From an uncultured bacterium (GTDB taxonomy: Bacteria > T1Sed10-126 > CAYPTI01), in NCBI GenBank assembly GCA_964413525.1, contig CAYPTI010000003.1:1-38269 (forward strand): 38,269 nucleotides of DNA, read 5' to 3'. A model generated the notes under the pieces. That model ran no database searches, had not been told where the DNA came from, and saw only the letters and a program-made list of their open reading frames with translations. The position numbers and the translations under genes are program-made. How positions within the stretch are numbered: the stretch's first letter is position 1; every line of letters begins with the position of its first letter. This document shows positions 25,553 through 34,870 of the stretch, piece after piece.

Positions 25553-28500
25553 ATGATCGAACGATGGTATCCGAACGTCAACCTCGGACTGACGGCCGAG
25601 TTTCTCCACCGGTGTGAGGGCCGCTCGCTGGTCCTGGTGCCGGACGAAGAGACGGCCCGGGAACTGCAAGTTAACTTGAATACACTCATGGGGGATGGTG
25701 CGGCCTACCTTCCGGGGTGGGATCAGTTACCCGCCCGGGAGAAACCACCCGAACCCCTTCGGCAGCACAGGAGACTGCGGACGGTCGACTGGCTGGAGTC
25801 CGACGGTCGGGTCCTGCTCACCACGCCGGAGGGCCTTGGGACCGTTCTCCTCCACCCGAACTCCGTCCGCAGCCTTCGGCTGGCCCCCGGCGACCGGTTC
25901 GATCCGGTCGACCTGATCCGGCGGTTGAGCGACCTGGGCTACCGGCGTCAGGACCTGGTTACCGAACCGGGCGACGTCTCCCTTCGCGGGGACCTGCTCG
26001 ACGTGTATCCGCCCGACAAACCGTTTCCGGTCCGGCTGGAATTCTTCGACGACGAACTTGAATCCCTTGACTACTTCCACCCGAATTCCCAGATGGTGGC
26101 CGACCGGGTCCTTACCCCGCCGTTCACGATTCGAGCCCGGACCGAATTCACCACCGATCCCGACGAGCGGGACCGGTTTCGGAAGACCTTATCCACGTTC
26201 ATTTCCGGAAATGAGCGAGCCGAATCGAACGACGACGAACCCATCCACTGGTTCCTGGGGGCCGACCGCCGAGAGACGGCCTATCCGGACGAACTTTTTC
26301 AGCCGGATCGGCTGGTCCTGTTTGACCATCGCCGGATTCGTCAGCGCTGCCGGGAATGGGACCGGGAGGTGGAGTTGCTGAGCGACGATCACCCGGCTTG
26401 GGGGACCCATCGAACGGTCGATTCCTTCCCGGCGGAATTTCGGGAGCCGGTCCATCTCCTTTCCCCCCGGGAGGATCCTCCCGAGGAGGAAACGGAGGAA
26501 GGTCACCTGGGGGAACCGCTCTCGATCACGGGGTCCTTCGGACTGGAAAACGAACCGATCGAACGGTTTCTGGAACGGGTTGAAACCGCCGCTTCCGCCA
26601 CGGACACCGTCTACGTTCACGCGGAACAGGAGTCACTCCTGGAGCGAATACAAATTTTGTTACGGGAACGACGCTCGGACAATGGAAGCTTCCCGGCGGA
26701 CCGGATCGATTTCGTCGGCCGTCCATGGCGTGGTTCCTTCCGGACCGAGGATATCGCTCGGCTGTCCCTGGACGACTTCTTCAACCGAACGGTGGGCCGG
26801 GAACGGATCGGCCCCCGCAGCGGCCGGACGGAGTACCTGGAATCCTTCGAAGACCTGGAGGCCGGTGACCTGGTCGTCCACGAGGACTTCGGGATCGGTC
26901 GATTCCACGGCCTCCGTCGCGTCCACTCGGCCGGTCAGACCCGGGATTGCATTCATATCGAGTACGCCAACGAAGACCGGTTGTTCCTGCCGCCGGATCA
27001 GATCGGACGGGTCCAGAAATACCTCGCCGACTCCGGGTACACTCCGCCGCTGACCTCACTTTCCGACGAGCGCTGGAACCGGGTGAAAAAACAGGTTCAG
27101 GAGGACCTCGAGGACCTGGCCTCCGACCTGCTTGAACTCTACATGGTGCGGGAGGAGGCTGAAGTCGAACCCTTCCCCGAGGCCGGGGTCGAACAGGCAC
27201 AGTTCGAGGCCTCCTTCCCCTACCGGGAAACTCCCGACCAGCAGCGGGCCATCGAAGAAACCCTTCGGGACCTTTCGACGGGGACTCCGATGAATCGGTT
27301 GATCTGCGGTGACTCCGGCTACGGGAAGACGGAGGTCGCCCTGCGGGCCACCTTCCAGACTGTCGCCGCCGGCAGCCAGGTCGCGGTCCTGGTGCCCACC
27401 ACCGTGCTGGCCCGTCAGCACGGTCAGACCTTCCGGCAGCGGTTCGCAACCTTCCCCTACGAGGTCCGCGTCCTGTCCCGGTTCACCGACGCCGACGAGG
27501 AACGCCGAACCGTCCGGGCGCTGGCCTCGGGAGAGGTGGACGTGGTGATCGGAACCCACCGGTTGCTGGGGGACGACATCGAATTTTCCGACCTCGGGCT
27601 GCTGGTCATTGACGAGGAGCAGCGGTTCGGGGTCAAGCAGAAGGAGACCCTGAAATTTTACCGGGAAAACGTCAACGTCCTGACCCTCTCGGCCACCCCC
27701 ATTCCCCGAACCCTCTACATGTCGCTGTCCGGGGTCCAGGACATCAGCGTGATCAATTCCCCGCCGGAGGAGCGGAACCCGATCGACATCAACCTCGGAA
27801 GTTTTGACCGGTCGCGGGCCGCCGGGGCCCTCGAACAAGAACTGCAGCGGGACGGTCAAATCTTCTGGATCCGGAACCGGATCCGGCACCTTGAAGAAGA
27901 GGCTCACCTGGTCCGGTCGATGGTTCCCGACGGAACCACCGTTGAGGTCGCCCACGGTCGGATGGACCGGGAGAACCTCAGGGACGTCATGAACCGGTTC
28001 TACGAGGGAGAAGTGGACGTGCTGGTCTGCACGACCATTGTGGAGGCCGGACTCGATTGTCCCAACGCCAACACCATGATCATCCGCAACGCCCACCGGT
28101 ACGGTCTGGCCCAGCTCTACCAGCTCCGGGGCCGCATCGGCCGCAGCCATCGGAAGGCCCGGGCCCATCTATTTTACCCGGACTCCGTGGACCTGACCGA
28201 GGAGGCGGAAGCCCGGTTGGACACGATTAAACGGTCCGCCGAGCTGGGGTCCGGGTTTGAAATCGCCATGCGGGACCTGGAGATCCGCGGCGCCGGAAGC
28301 CTGCTGGGCAAGCAGCAGCACGGCAACATCCGGGCCCTGGGATTTCCGCTCTACTGCAAACTGCTCCAGCGGACCGTCCGGCGCCTCCGGGAAGGATTCG
28401 AGGTCCCCGAGCCTTTCCCGAAACTCCCCCTGCCCGGGGTCCATTACCTGCCGGAGGAATACGTCCCCGACGAACGGGCCCGGATCCGTCAGTACCAGGC

Positions 28501-28846
28501 GCTGGCCGCCTGCCGAACCCCGGAGGAAATGGACGAACTGGAATCCCGGTGGAAGTCGACCTTTGGCCCGCTTCCGGAGCCGGCAAGCGAACTGTTGACC
28601 CGTCACCGATTTAAAATCACGGCCACCCGGCACGGCTGGACCGACCTGCGGTATCGGAACCAGGAGCTGAACCTGGCCGCCACGAACGGAACGGAACTCC
28701 TGAACCGGGCCGCGGAACGGGCCGGTTGTACGGGAACAAGCCGGGGAAACCGGTTCTTCGTCCGTCAGCTGACCCCCGAACGGGTTCCTGCATTCCTGGA
28801 AGCCTCGGTCGAACCCCAGCCGGTCGTGTCGACGAATCCCGCCTAG
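25553..28846 (+). CDS. mfd: transcription-repair coupling factor Mfd
   Basis: 1097 aa. UvrB-homology N-terminus, CarD-like region ([15 protein letters not shown]), helicase motifs [14 protein letters not shown] and [15 protein letters not shown]-terminal domain. Ends in TAG. Confidence 0.96.
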   Translation: MIERWYPNVNLGLTAEFLHRCEGRSLVLVPDEETARELQVNLNTLMGDGAAYLPGWDQLPAREKPPEPLRQHRRLRTVDWLESDGRVLLTTPEGLGTVLLHPNSVRSLRLAPGDRFDPVDLIRRLSDLGYRRQDLVTEPGDVSLRGDLLDVYPPDKPFPVRLEFFDDELESLDYFHPNSQMVADRVLTPPFTIRARTEFTTDPDERDRFRKTLSTFISGNERAESNDDEPIHWFLGADRRETAYPDELFQPDRLVLFDHRRIRQRCREWDREVELLSDDHPAWGTHRTVDSFPAEFREPVHLLSPREDPPEEETEEGHLGEPLSITGSFGLENEPIERFLERVETAASATDTVYVHAEQESLLERIQILLRERRSDNGSFPADRIDFVGRPWRGSFRTEDIARLSLDDFFNRTVGRERIGPRSGRTEYLESFEDLEAGDLVVHEDFGIGRFHGLRRVHSAGQTRDCIHIEYANEDRLFLPPDQIGRVQKYLADSGYTPPLTSLSDERWNRVKKQVQEDLEDLASDLLELYMVREEAEVEPFPEAGVEQAQFEASFPYRETPDQQRAIEETLRDLSTGTPMNRLICGDSGYGKTEVALRATFQTVAAGSQVAVLVPTTVLARQHGQTFRQRFATFPYEVRVLSRFTDADEERRTVRALASGEVDVVIGTHRLLGDDIEFSDLGLLVIDEEQRFGVKQKETLKFYRENVNVLTLSATPIPRTLYMSLSGVQDISVINSPPEERNPIDINLGSFDRSRAAGALEQELQRDGQIFWIRNRIRHLEEEAHLVRSMVPDGTTVEVAHGRMDRENLRDVMNRFYEGEVDVLVCTTIVEAGLDCPNANTMIIRNAHRYGLAQLYQLRGRIGRSHRKARAHLFYPDSVDLTEEAEARLDTIKRSAELGSGFEIAMRDLEIRGAGSLLGKQQHGNIRALGFPLYCKLLQRTVRRLREGFEVPEPFPKLPLPGVHYLPEEYVPDERARIRQYQALAACRTPEEMDELESRWKSTFGPLPEPASELLTRHRFKITATRHGWTDLRYRNQELNLAATNGTELLNRAAERAGCTGTSRGNRFFVRQLTPERVPAFLEASVEPQPVVSTNPA

Positions 28847-29125
28847 CCCGATTCCTCTTCTCATTCCTTTCATCCCGTTCCCCCGACCCTCAACCTCAGA
28901 CGGATCAAATCCCATTTGTTGGGTAACTTTGGATTCCCGTCGATTGGGAACCGGCTGATTCATGCCGCCATCACCTCCGATTCCGGAGGGCCTTCCTCCG
29001 AGTTGAAACCAGCTCGGCGGTCCGAGAACCATCCGGGGCGACTGACTTCCATCATGGTTGGGACCCAATCCCAAATACAGGAAGGAAAACGAGTAGAGCC
29101 AACAATTCCGACGCGAGCCGATGGG

Positions 29126-29313
29126 GTCCCGAATGGTGTGGAAAGACGGTCTCAAAACGGGTCTGATTTCACCGTCCCGGAACCAACCGTGGACCACCAA
29201 CCATCCCGAACGGTCTGAATCGACACGGGATAAGGTTCCTGATCCGAGAGGCGGAATCACCCGGGGAGTCAGAACCTGACTGACCGAGAAGGATGGGCCG
29301 GGGCCATTTTTAC
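29126..29313 (+). ncRNA. candidate structured RNA or repeat element, copy 1 of 2 (family unknown)
   Basis: Full-length alignment to 34125-34314 on the same strand. Conserved blocks, non-codon-like divergence, a shared long-range helix, a variable hairpin (AGTCAG-aac-CTGACT) and a terminal T5 run. See findings. Confidence 0.45.
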
Positions 29314-29352
29314 ACCCAAAAATGGACGCAACCCGTGAGGTCGCCGGCGGGA

Positions 29353-30237
29353 TCAGGCTTTGTTCAGAAGATCGATCAATCCGTGGAACGGGGTGGGAAA
29401 CCGGTAGCTGAACGCCAGGTCCTCCTGCAACTTCGTCGACCCGACCCGTTTCTGGGGTTTCAGCAGCCCGAGTCGCCTGTCGGAGTAGCGCTCCTCGGCC
29501 TCCTCCCACGAGACCCGGGTGATGGTGGACGGGTCCCGACCGGTCGCTCGATACAAAAATTCCACCAGATCCCCCAGGGGGGAGGGACGGCGGTCCACCA
29601 GGTTGTAGATTCCGGTTTGGTTCCCGGCCGCAAGCAACACGATCACCCGGACCAGGTCCTCCACCCGGATCCGGTTGGTCCAGTTGTCCCCCTCCCCGAC
29701 GAGTTCGTACTCCTCCGACAGGTACCGTTCGGCGGCGTTTCGACCGGGTCCGTAAATTCCGCCGATCCGACACCGGACCAGAGCCCGCTCGGGCAACCCG
29801 TCCTGCAGGAGGGTTTCGACCCTCCGACGGAGCTCCCCCGACTCGCTGAAGGGGGACATCGGGGTGGTCTCAGTCACCCATTCTCCTCCGGCGTCCCCGT
29901 ACACCGAAGTGGAGCTCAGGTAGACAAACCGTTCGAGCCGGCCAACGGGCGCCCGGTCCAGAAATCGTTCCATCAGGATGACGCCTTTCTCCAACCCGAG
30001 CCGGATGGACGGACCCGGGGTGAAGATCACCCGGAGCGACTCCTCCGAAAGCCCTTCCCAGAACCGTTCCATGGACCCGGGGTCCTCCAGATCGAACGGT
30101 TCGACCGGAAACGTCCCAGGGCCCGACTCGTCCAGTTCACCGGTCCGGGTGGTTCCCACGACCGACGCACCGCGATCGGCCAGTCGGCCGACCACCCGGG
30201 AACCCGTGTACCCCGCGCCAATGACTGCGTAGATCAT
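29353..30237 (-). CDS. NAD(P)-dependent epimerase/dehydratase-type SDR
   Basis: 294 aa. N-terminal Rossmann MIYAVIGAGYTGSRVVGRL (GxGxxG); SSTSVYG region typical of extended SDRs. Confidence 0.8.
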   Translation of the reverse strand: MIYAVIGAGYTGSRVVGRLADRGASVVGTTRTGELDESGPGTFPVEPFDLEDPGSMERFWEGLSEESLRVIFTPGPSIRLGLEKGVILMERFLDRAPVGRLERFVYLSSTSVYGDAGGEWVTETTPMSPFSESGELRRRVETLLQDGLPERALVRCRIGGIYGPGRNAAERYLSEEYELVGEGDNWTNRIRVEDLVRVIVLLAAGNQTGIYNLVDRRPSPLGDLVEFLYRATGRDPSTITRVSWEEAEERYSDRRLGLLKPQKRVGSTKLQEDLAFSYRFPTPFHGLIDLLNKA

Positions 30238-30382
30238 CGAATCTTCGGACCTCCCGGGGACAGCCTATCAATTTCCCAATGAATCGCTCAGGGATCCGGT
30301 TCCGGAAGCCGGGAGAATCCGTCCCCGGGTAAGAGACCGCTCGGCCCTGCCGACGATTCAACGTGAACCCGTACCGACCCAT

Positions 30383-30418
30383 CAACATATCGAGATATCA
30401 AGATATCTCGATATGTTG
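30383..30418. repeat. 36-bp AT-rich perfect palindrome (17-bp arms, 2-nt spacer)
   Basis: CAACATATCGAGATATC-AA-GATATCTCGATATGTTG. Both arms checked as exact reverse complements. It lies between the glnA terminator hairpin and the SDR gene start. Confidence 0.9.
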
Positions 30419-30485
30419 GCTTGTTGGATCTCGTTGAAATTGGGATGGAACGAGGTTCATCGGGGACAACCAAGAATTCATCAAT

Positions 30486-30522
30486 CCCGGACGGGAGGGG
30501 TTCGCCAACCCTCCCGTCCGGG
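30486..30522 (-). terminator. strong GC-rich hairpin 29 nt downstream of the glnA stop
   Basis: CCCGGACGGGAGGG / CCCTCCCGTCCGGG form a 14-bp perfect stem with a 9-nt loop. The trailing sequence on the minus strand (ATTGATGAATTCTT) is only weakly U-rich, so it is a likely but non-canonical intrinsic terminator. Confidence 0.55.
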
Positions 30523-30550
30523 TGAGGAACCGGAACCAAGCAAAGAGGGC

Positions 30551-31897
30551 TTAGAGCAGCGGCAGGTACTCCTCGATCTCAAAATCGGTCACGTTCTGGC
30601 GGTACTCGTCCCAGATGAACCGTTTCTCGCGAATGTAGTGCTCGAACGCTTCCTCGCCGAACGTCTCCCGCATCAGATCGCTCTCCTCGAAGTTGCTGAT
30701 CGCCTCGCCCAGGGAGCCCGGAAGCTGGTCGATGCCCTGATCCTTCAGCTCCGAATCGGACATTTCGTAGATGTTGTTCGTGGTGGGATCCTCGAGTTCG
30801 TATCCCTCCTCGATCCCCTTCAATCCGGCCGCCAGCATGCTGGCGAAGGCCAGGTAGGGGTTGCAGGAGGGATCGGGAAACCGAAGCTCAAGCCGCGTGG
30901 CCGCCTCCTCGCCCTCGTCGTAGGCGGGAAGCCGAATCAGAGCCGACCGGTTCCGGGCCCCCCAGGAGACGTACACCGGCGCTTCGTACCCGGGTACCAA
31001 CCGCTTGTACGAGTTGGGCCACGGGTTGGTCACCGCGACGATCTCGTGGATGTGCTCGATGATGCCGGCGATGTACTGTTCGGCGGTCTCGGACAGGAAG
31101 AACCGGCCGTCGGGGTCGTAAAAGGCGTTCTCGCCGTCCCGGTAGAGCGACTGGTGAGTGTGCATACCGGAACCGTTCTCGTCGCTGATCGGTTTCGGCA
31201 TGAAGGTGGCGTAGACCCCGTTCCGACTGGCGACTTCCTTCACGACGTACTTGTACGTAATGCACTGGTCGGCCATCTCGGTGCCGGTCCGGTGCGTCAT
31301 GTTGATCTCGTGCTGGGACGGGGCCACCTCGTGGTGGGAGTACGGGACGTCGATCCCGATCTTCTCCAGGTGATCGATGATCTGCATCCGCAGATCGTTG
31401 GACTGGTTTAATCCCGTGATGTCAAAGTAGGACTCTCGGTCGAGCGTTTCGGTGCCCTGATCGTCCTCAAAGATAAAAAATTCCATCTCGGGCCCGGCGT
31501 AAAATTCATCAAACCCCATCTCGGCGGCTTTTTCCTCCGTGCGCTGAAGGATGTGCCGGGGATAACCGAGGTAGGGCGGGTTGTCCTCGTAGGTGTGGTG
31601 AACGTCGCAGAACATCCGGGCCCGCGGCGGGATGGATTCGTCCTCCGCCGTCCAGGGCAGTAATTTGAACGTGTCCGGGTCCGGAATGGCGAGCATGTCG
31701 CTCTCCTGAATCCGGCTGAACCCCTCGATCGAGGACCCGTCGAACCCGAATCCTTTCTCAAACCCCTTCTCCACCTCGGAGACCGGAACGTCAAAGCCCT
31801 TCAGCTTGCCGGACAGATCCGAAAACCAGAGCTGAAGAAACTCCACTCCTTCCTCCTCGATCCTGCTCATGACCTCATCGGCACTCACATCGGCCAC
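30551..31897 (-). CDS. glnA: glutamine synthetase type I
   Basis: 448 aa. FDGSSIEGF, NGSGMHTHQS, RLPAYDEGEEATRLELRFPD and other GSI motifs. The GTG at 31888 (8 nt after AGGAGG) is a better-spaced start than the track start at 31897. Confidence 0.95.
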   Translation of the reverse strand: MADVSADEVMSRIEEEGVEFLQLWFSDLSGKLKGFDVPVSEVEKGFEKGFGFDGSSIEGFSRIQESDMLAIPDPDTFKLLPWTAEDESIPPRARMFCDVHHTYEDNPPYLGYPRHILQRTEEKAAEMGFDEFYAGPEMEFFIFEDDQGTETLDRESYFDITGLNQSNDLRMQIIDHLEKIGIDVPYSHHEVAPSQHEINMTHRTGTEMADQCITYKYVVKEVASRNGVYATFMPKPISDENGSGMHTHQSLYRDGENAFYDPDGRFFLSETAEQYIAGIIEHIHEIVAVTNPWPNSYKRLVPGYEAPVYVSWGARNRSALIRLPAYDEGEEAATRLELRFPDPSCNPYLAFASMLAAGLKGIEEGYELEDPTTNNIYEMSDSELKDQGIDQLPGSLGEAISNFEESDLMRETFGEEAFEHYIREKRFIWDEYRQNVTDFEIEEYLPLL

Positions 31898-31954
31898 CTC
31901 CTAAAAGAATGTACACCTTTCTACTTAATTTCTGTCCTTATGAACAGTTGCGGT

Positions 31955-31982
31955 ACTATAACACCGTTATATCCGTTGTAAA
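31955..31982 (-). promoter_or_regulatory. putative sigma-70 promoter for glnA
   Basis: The minus strand reads TTTACA, 16 nt, then TATAGT, with a TGT extended -10. It lies about 60 nt upstream of the glnA start in an AT-rich spacer. Pattern match only. Confidence 0.35.
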
Positions 31983-32315
31983 GTGGTATCTTTCCGTTCG
32001 ATTACTTGTATCATCAATTTCTGATTGAAAAATCACGTTTGCACACACTTTCTGTTGGATTGATGGTTTTTGAACCTGTTACTGGTTGGTCGATGGGTAG
32101 ACGGGTCGCGTCCATTGCCGGGTGCAAATTCGGGACCCAATCCGTCGTCTCTCCGCCATCAACCCCAAGCCAGCGGACGGGAGCCGGAACGAACCCAATT
32201 CTCCGCTGAAGTCGTCCGGGCGGTGGCGACACTCCGGCCGGATCCGGAGGCTCCCTACCGTGATCGGGGTCCGATCCGTTATACTAAATGGACTTTTTAT
32301 CTCCTACCGGAACGA

Positions 32316-34097
32316 ATGATTCCCATGTTCGACGCCGACGATATACGAAACCTGGCCATTATTGCGCACGTTGACCACGGCAAAACCACCCTGGTGGATC
32401 ACATGCTTCGTCAGAGCGGCGTGTTTCGACCCCACCAGGAGGTTGAGGACCGGGTGATGGACTCCGGGGACCTCGAACAGGAACGCGGCATCACCATTTC
32501 CTCCAAGCCCGCGGCGATTCTCCACGGCAACACCAAGATCAACCTGGTCGACACGCCGGGTCACAGCGACTTCGGCGGCGAGGTGGAGCGGGTGCTCAAC
32601 ATGGTGGAGGGGGCCCTGCTTCTGGTCGACGCGGCGGAGGGTCCCCTGCCTCAGACCCGATTCGTGCTGGACAAAGCCCTAAAACAGGGGCTTTCAATCG
32701 TTCTGTGCGTGAACAAAATTGACCGGGACGAAGCCCGGATCAGTGACGTCGTTGATGAGGTGTTTGAGCTGTTCATGGAACTCGGGGCCAGCGACGACCA
32801 GCTGGACTTCCCGATCATTTACAGCTCGGCCATTCAGGGGATCGCGGTTAATGACCCCGACGACCCATGGGAGAACCTGGAACCCCTGTTCGAAACCATC
32901 AAGCAGACCGTCCCTCCGCCGGAGGTCGATCCCGACGCCCCCCTCCAGATGCTGGTGTCCGATCGCGGTCACGACGAGTTCGTTGGCCGGCTGGCGTTCG
33001 GACGGATTCACGCTGGAACCCTCGAGACCGGTCAAACCATCCGGGTCTGTCGCGAGGACGCCGATCCGGTGGATACCACGGTGAGCGCCCTGTACGTCCA
33101 CGAAGGTCTTCAGAAGCAGGAAGTCGACCGGGTACAGGCGGGGGAAATTGTCGCCGTGGCGGGCAGCGGCGAGGTCGAAATTGGAGACACCATTACCAGT
33201 CCGGAGAACCCCCGGCCCCTTCCCCGCATCTCCGTGGAACAACCGACCGTGAGCGTTGAAATTATGCCCAACGACGGCCCCTTCTCCGGTCGGGAGGGAG
33301 AATTCGTAACCGGGCGAAAATTGCTGGAACGGCTGCGGCTGGAGGACCAGACCAACGTGGCGATTCGCCTCCAGGAGCAGGGATCGGAACGATGGAAGCT
33401 CCACGGACGGGGGCAGCTCCAGCTCGCGGTTCTCCTCGAGGAAATTCGCCGGGAGGGCTACGAACTGCTGGTCGGCAAACCCGAAGTCCTTACGGTCCAG
33501 ACCAACGGGACGGTGAAGGAACCGATCGAACGGGCCATCGTGGACGTCCCGGAACCCTACGTGGGGGCGGTCACCGAGAGCCTCGGCAACCGGCGCGGCC
33601 AGATGCAACAGTACGAATCCATGGAGGGCGACCGGGTTCGCCTGGAGTTCACCGTTCCCACCCGGGGCCTCATCGGGTATCGGTCCCGGTTCCAGACCGA
33701 AACACGCGGAAGCGGAATCTTAACCACCACCTTCGAGGAGTACAGCCCGATGGGAGAGCCGATCGCCGGTCGCGGCACCGGCGCCCTCATCGCGGACCGG
33801 GGCGGAACCGCCACAAGCTACGCCCTCAAGAAGCTGTCGGACCGGGGACAATTCTTCGTCGAACCGGGCACCGAGTGTTACGAGGGCATGATCGTGGGAG
33901 AACACAACCGGAAGGAAGACCTCACGGTCAACATCACGAAGGAAAAACAACTGACCAACTTCCGGGCCGCCGGATCCGACGACACGGTGCAGCTTGAACC
34001 GCCGGTACCCGTGGACATTGAGTTTGCTCTGGAGTGGATCACGGAGGACGAACTGGTGGAGATCACCCCCCGGGACGTTCGACTCCGGACGCGTTAA
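32316..34097 (+). CDS. typA: translational GTPase TypA/BipA
   Basis: IRNLAIIAHVDHGKTTLVD, DTPGHSDF, NKIDR, and EF-G-like domains. Start set to ATG 32316 (MIPMFDADD), or 32325. The 82 upstream codons of the track ORF are low-complexity Pro/Arg/Gly and not TypA-like. Confidence 0.93.
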   Translation: MIPMFDADDIRNLAIIAHVDHGKTTLVDHMLRQSGVFRPHQEVEDRVMDSGDLEQERGITISSKPAAILHGNTKINLVDTPGHSDFGGEVERVLNMVEGALLLVDAAEGPLPQTRFVLDKALKQGLSIVLCVNKIDRDEARISDVVDEVFELFMELGASDDQLDFPIIYSSAIQGIAVNDPDDPWENLEPLFETIKQTVPPPEVDPDAPLQMLVSDRGHDEFVGRLAFGRIHAGTLETGQTIRVCREDADPVDTTVSALYVHEGLQKQEVDRVQAGEIVAVAGSGEVEIGDTITSPENPRPLPRISVEQPTVSVEIMPNDGPFSGREGEFVTGRKLLERLRLEDQTNVAIRLQEQGSERWKLHGRGQLQLAVLLEEIRREGYELLVGKPEVLTVQTNGTVKEPIERAIVDVPEPYVGAVTESLGNRRGQMQQYESMEGDRVRLEFTVPTRGLIGYRSRFQTETRGSGILTTTFEEYSPMGEPIAGRGTGALIADRGGTATSYALKKLSDRGQFFVEPGTECYEGMIVGEHNRKEDLTVNITKEKQLTNFRAAGSDDTVQLEPPVPVDIEFALEWITEDELVEITPRDVRLRTR

Positions 34098-34124
34098 TCA
34101 AACCAACGTACTGTAAACGATTGT

Positions 34125-34314
34125 GTCCCGCATGGTGTGTAAATACGGTCTCCAAACGGATTTGATTTCTCCGTCCCGGAATCAACCGTCACGAACGACC
34201 CGAATCGACGCGGTATAAGGTTCCTTGATCCGGGAAACGAAATCACACCTCGGGCACGTACGTCGTGCATCCGGAACCGGTCGACCGAGAAGGATGTGCG
34301 GAGGTCGTTTTTAC
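34125..34314 (+). ncRNA. candidate structured RNA or repeat element, copy 2 of 2 (family unknown)
   Basis: Paralogue of 29126-29313. Helices TGATTTC(34163-69)/GAAATCA(34239-45), TCCCGGA(34174-80)/TCCGGGA(34229-35), TCAA/TTGA. Variable hairpin GCACG-tacgt-CGTGC (34254-68). T5 run at 34308-12. Confidence 0.45.
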
Positions 34315-34421
34315 CTACAACAGGGGCAGTGACCCTGTAAAAGGAGGGACCATGGGAGATTGTTCGATTCCAGCGGCCTGATTCGACCGCAACGATCATC
34401 CGTACGGAGGGAGGATTCATC

Positions 34422-34841
34422 ATGGACAACGAACGGATCGACCGGCTGCTCGAAACAACCCGGGTGATCGCCGTCGTCGGCTGTTCCGGAACGCCGTCCA
34501 AGGAAGCCCACCGGGTTCCTTCCTTCGTCCAGGATCAGGGCTACGATGTGGTGCCGGTGAACCCGAACCACGACGAACTCCTCGGGGTTCCCTGCTACCC
34601 CGATCTCTCGACCGCCCGGGACCGTCATCCGGACCCAATCCAGATGGTGAACGTCTTTCGGCCCGCTCCGGAGACCCCTGCCATCGCCCGCCAGACCGTA
34701 GACATCGGAGCAGAAGCCCTCTGGCTCCAGCTCGGCATCCGCCATCCCGAATCCCGGTCCATCGCGGACGAGGCCGGACTGGACTACGTGGAGGACCGCT
34801 GCATCTACCAGGAACTGAACCGGCGGATGACGTCTTCCTGA
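34422..34841 (+). CDS. CoA-binding domain protein (YccU/YneT-like)
   Basis: 139 aa. TRVIAVVGCSGTPSKEAHRVPSFVQDQGYDVVPVNPN and VNVFRPAPE are typical of the CoA_binding_2 family. GGAGGG SD. Confidence 0.8.
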   Translation: MDNERIDRLLETTRVIAVVGCSGTPSKEAHRVPSFVQDQGYDVVPVNPNHDELLGVPCYPDLSTARDRHPDPIQMVNVFRPAPETPAIARQTVDIGAEALWLQLGIRHPESRSIADEAGLDYVEDRCIYQELNRRMTSS

Positions 34842-34870
34842 CTCGTTTTCTTGCCGGGTTGGTGGTCCGG

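Noticed and set aside
29241-29270. ykkC/guanidine-I-like strings in element copy 1 (AAGGUUCC, GAUCCGAGAG, CCCGGGGAG).
   Set aside because: The order and spacing differ from the ykkC consensus as I recall it. The CCGAGAG block is not conserved in copy 2 (CCGGGAA), and neither copy precedes a typical guanidine-related gene.
28169-29773. 534-aa minus-strand ORF spanning the mfd 3' end, the non-coding tract and the SDR gene 3' end.
   Set aside because: It overlaps two well-supported genes on different strands and crosses the repeat element. The composition is Gly/Pro/Arg-rich with no motifs.
31911-31924. GTA-N8-TAC (NtcA-like palindrome GTACACCTTTCTAC) upstream of glnA.
   Set aside because: It lies downstream of the best promoter candidate, inside the presumed 5' UTR, rather than at about -41. 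A 6-nt specified motif is expected by chance in a 400-bp spacer at non-trivial frequency.
32070-32315. N-terminal 82-residue extension of TypA implied by the ORF track start.
   Set aside because: The TypA G-domain begins right after MIPMFDADD. The upstream residues are low complexity and unlike the family, so they are kept only as a possible leader (see findings).
29126-34314. The two ~190-bp direct repeats as att sites flanking a 5-kb island.
   Set aside because: The enclosed genes are glnA, typA and an SDR, which are core functions. The repeats are substantially diverged with indels, unlike recent integration junctions.
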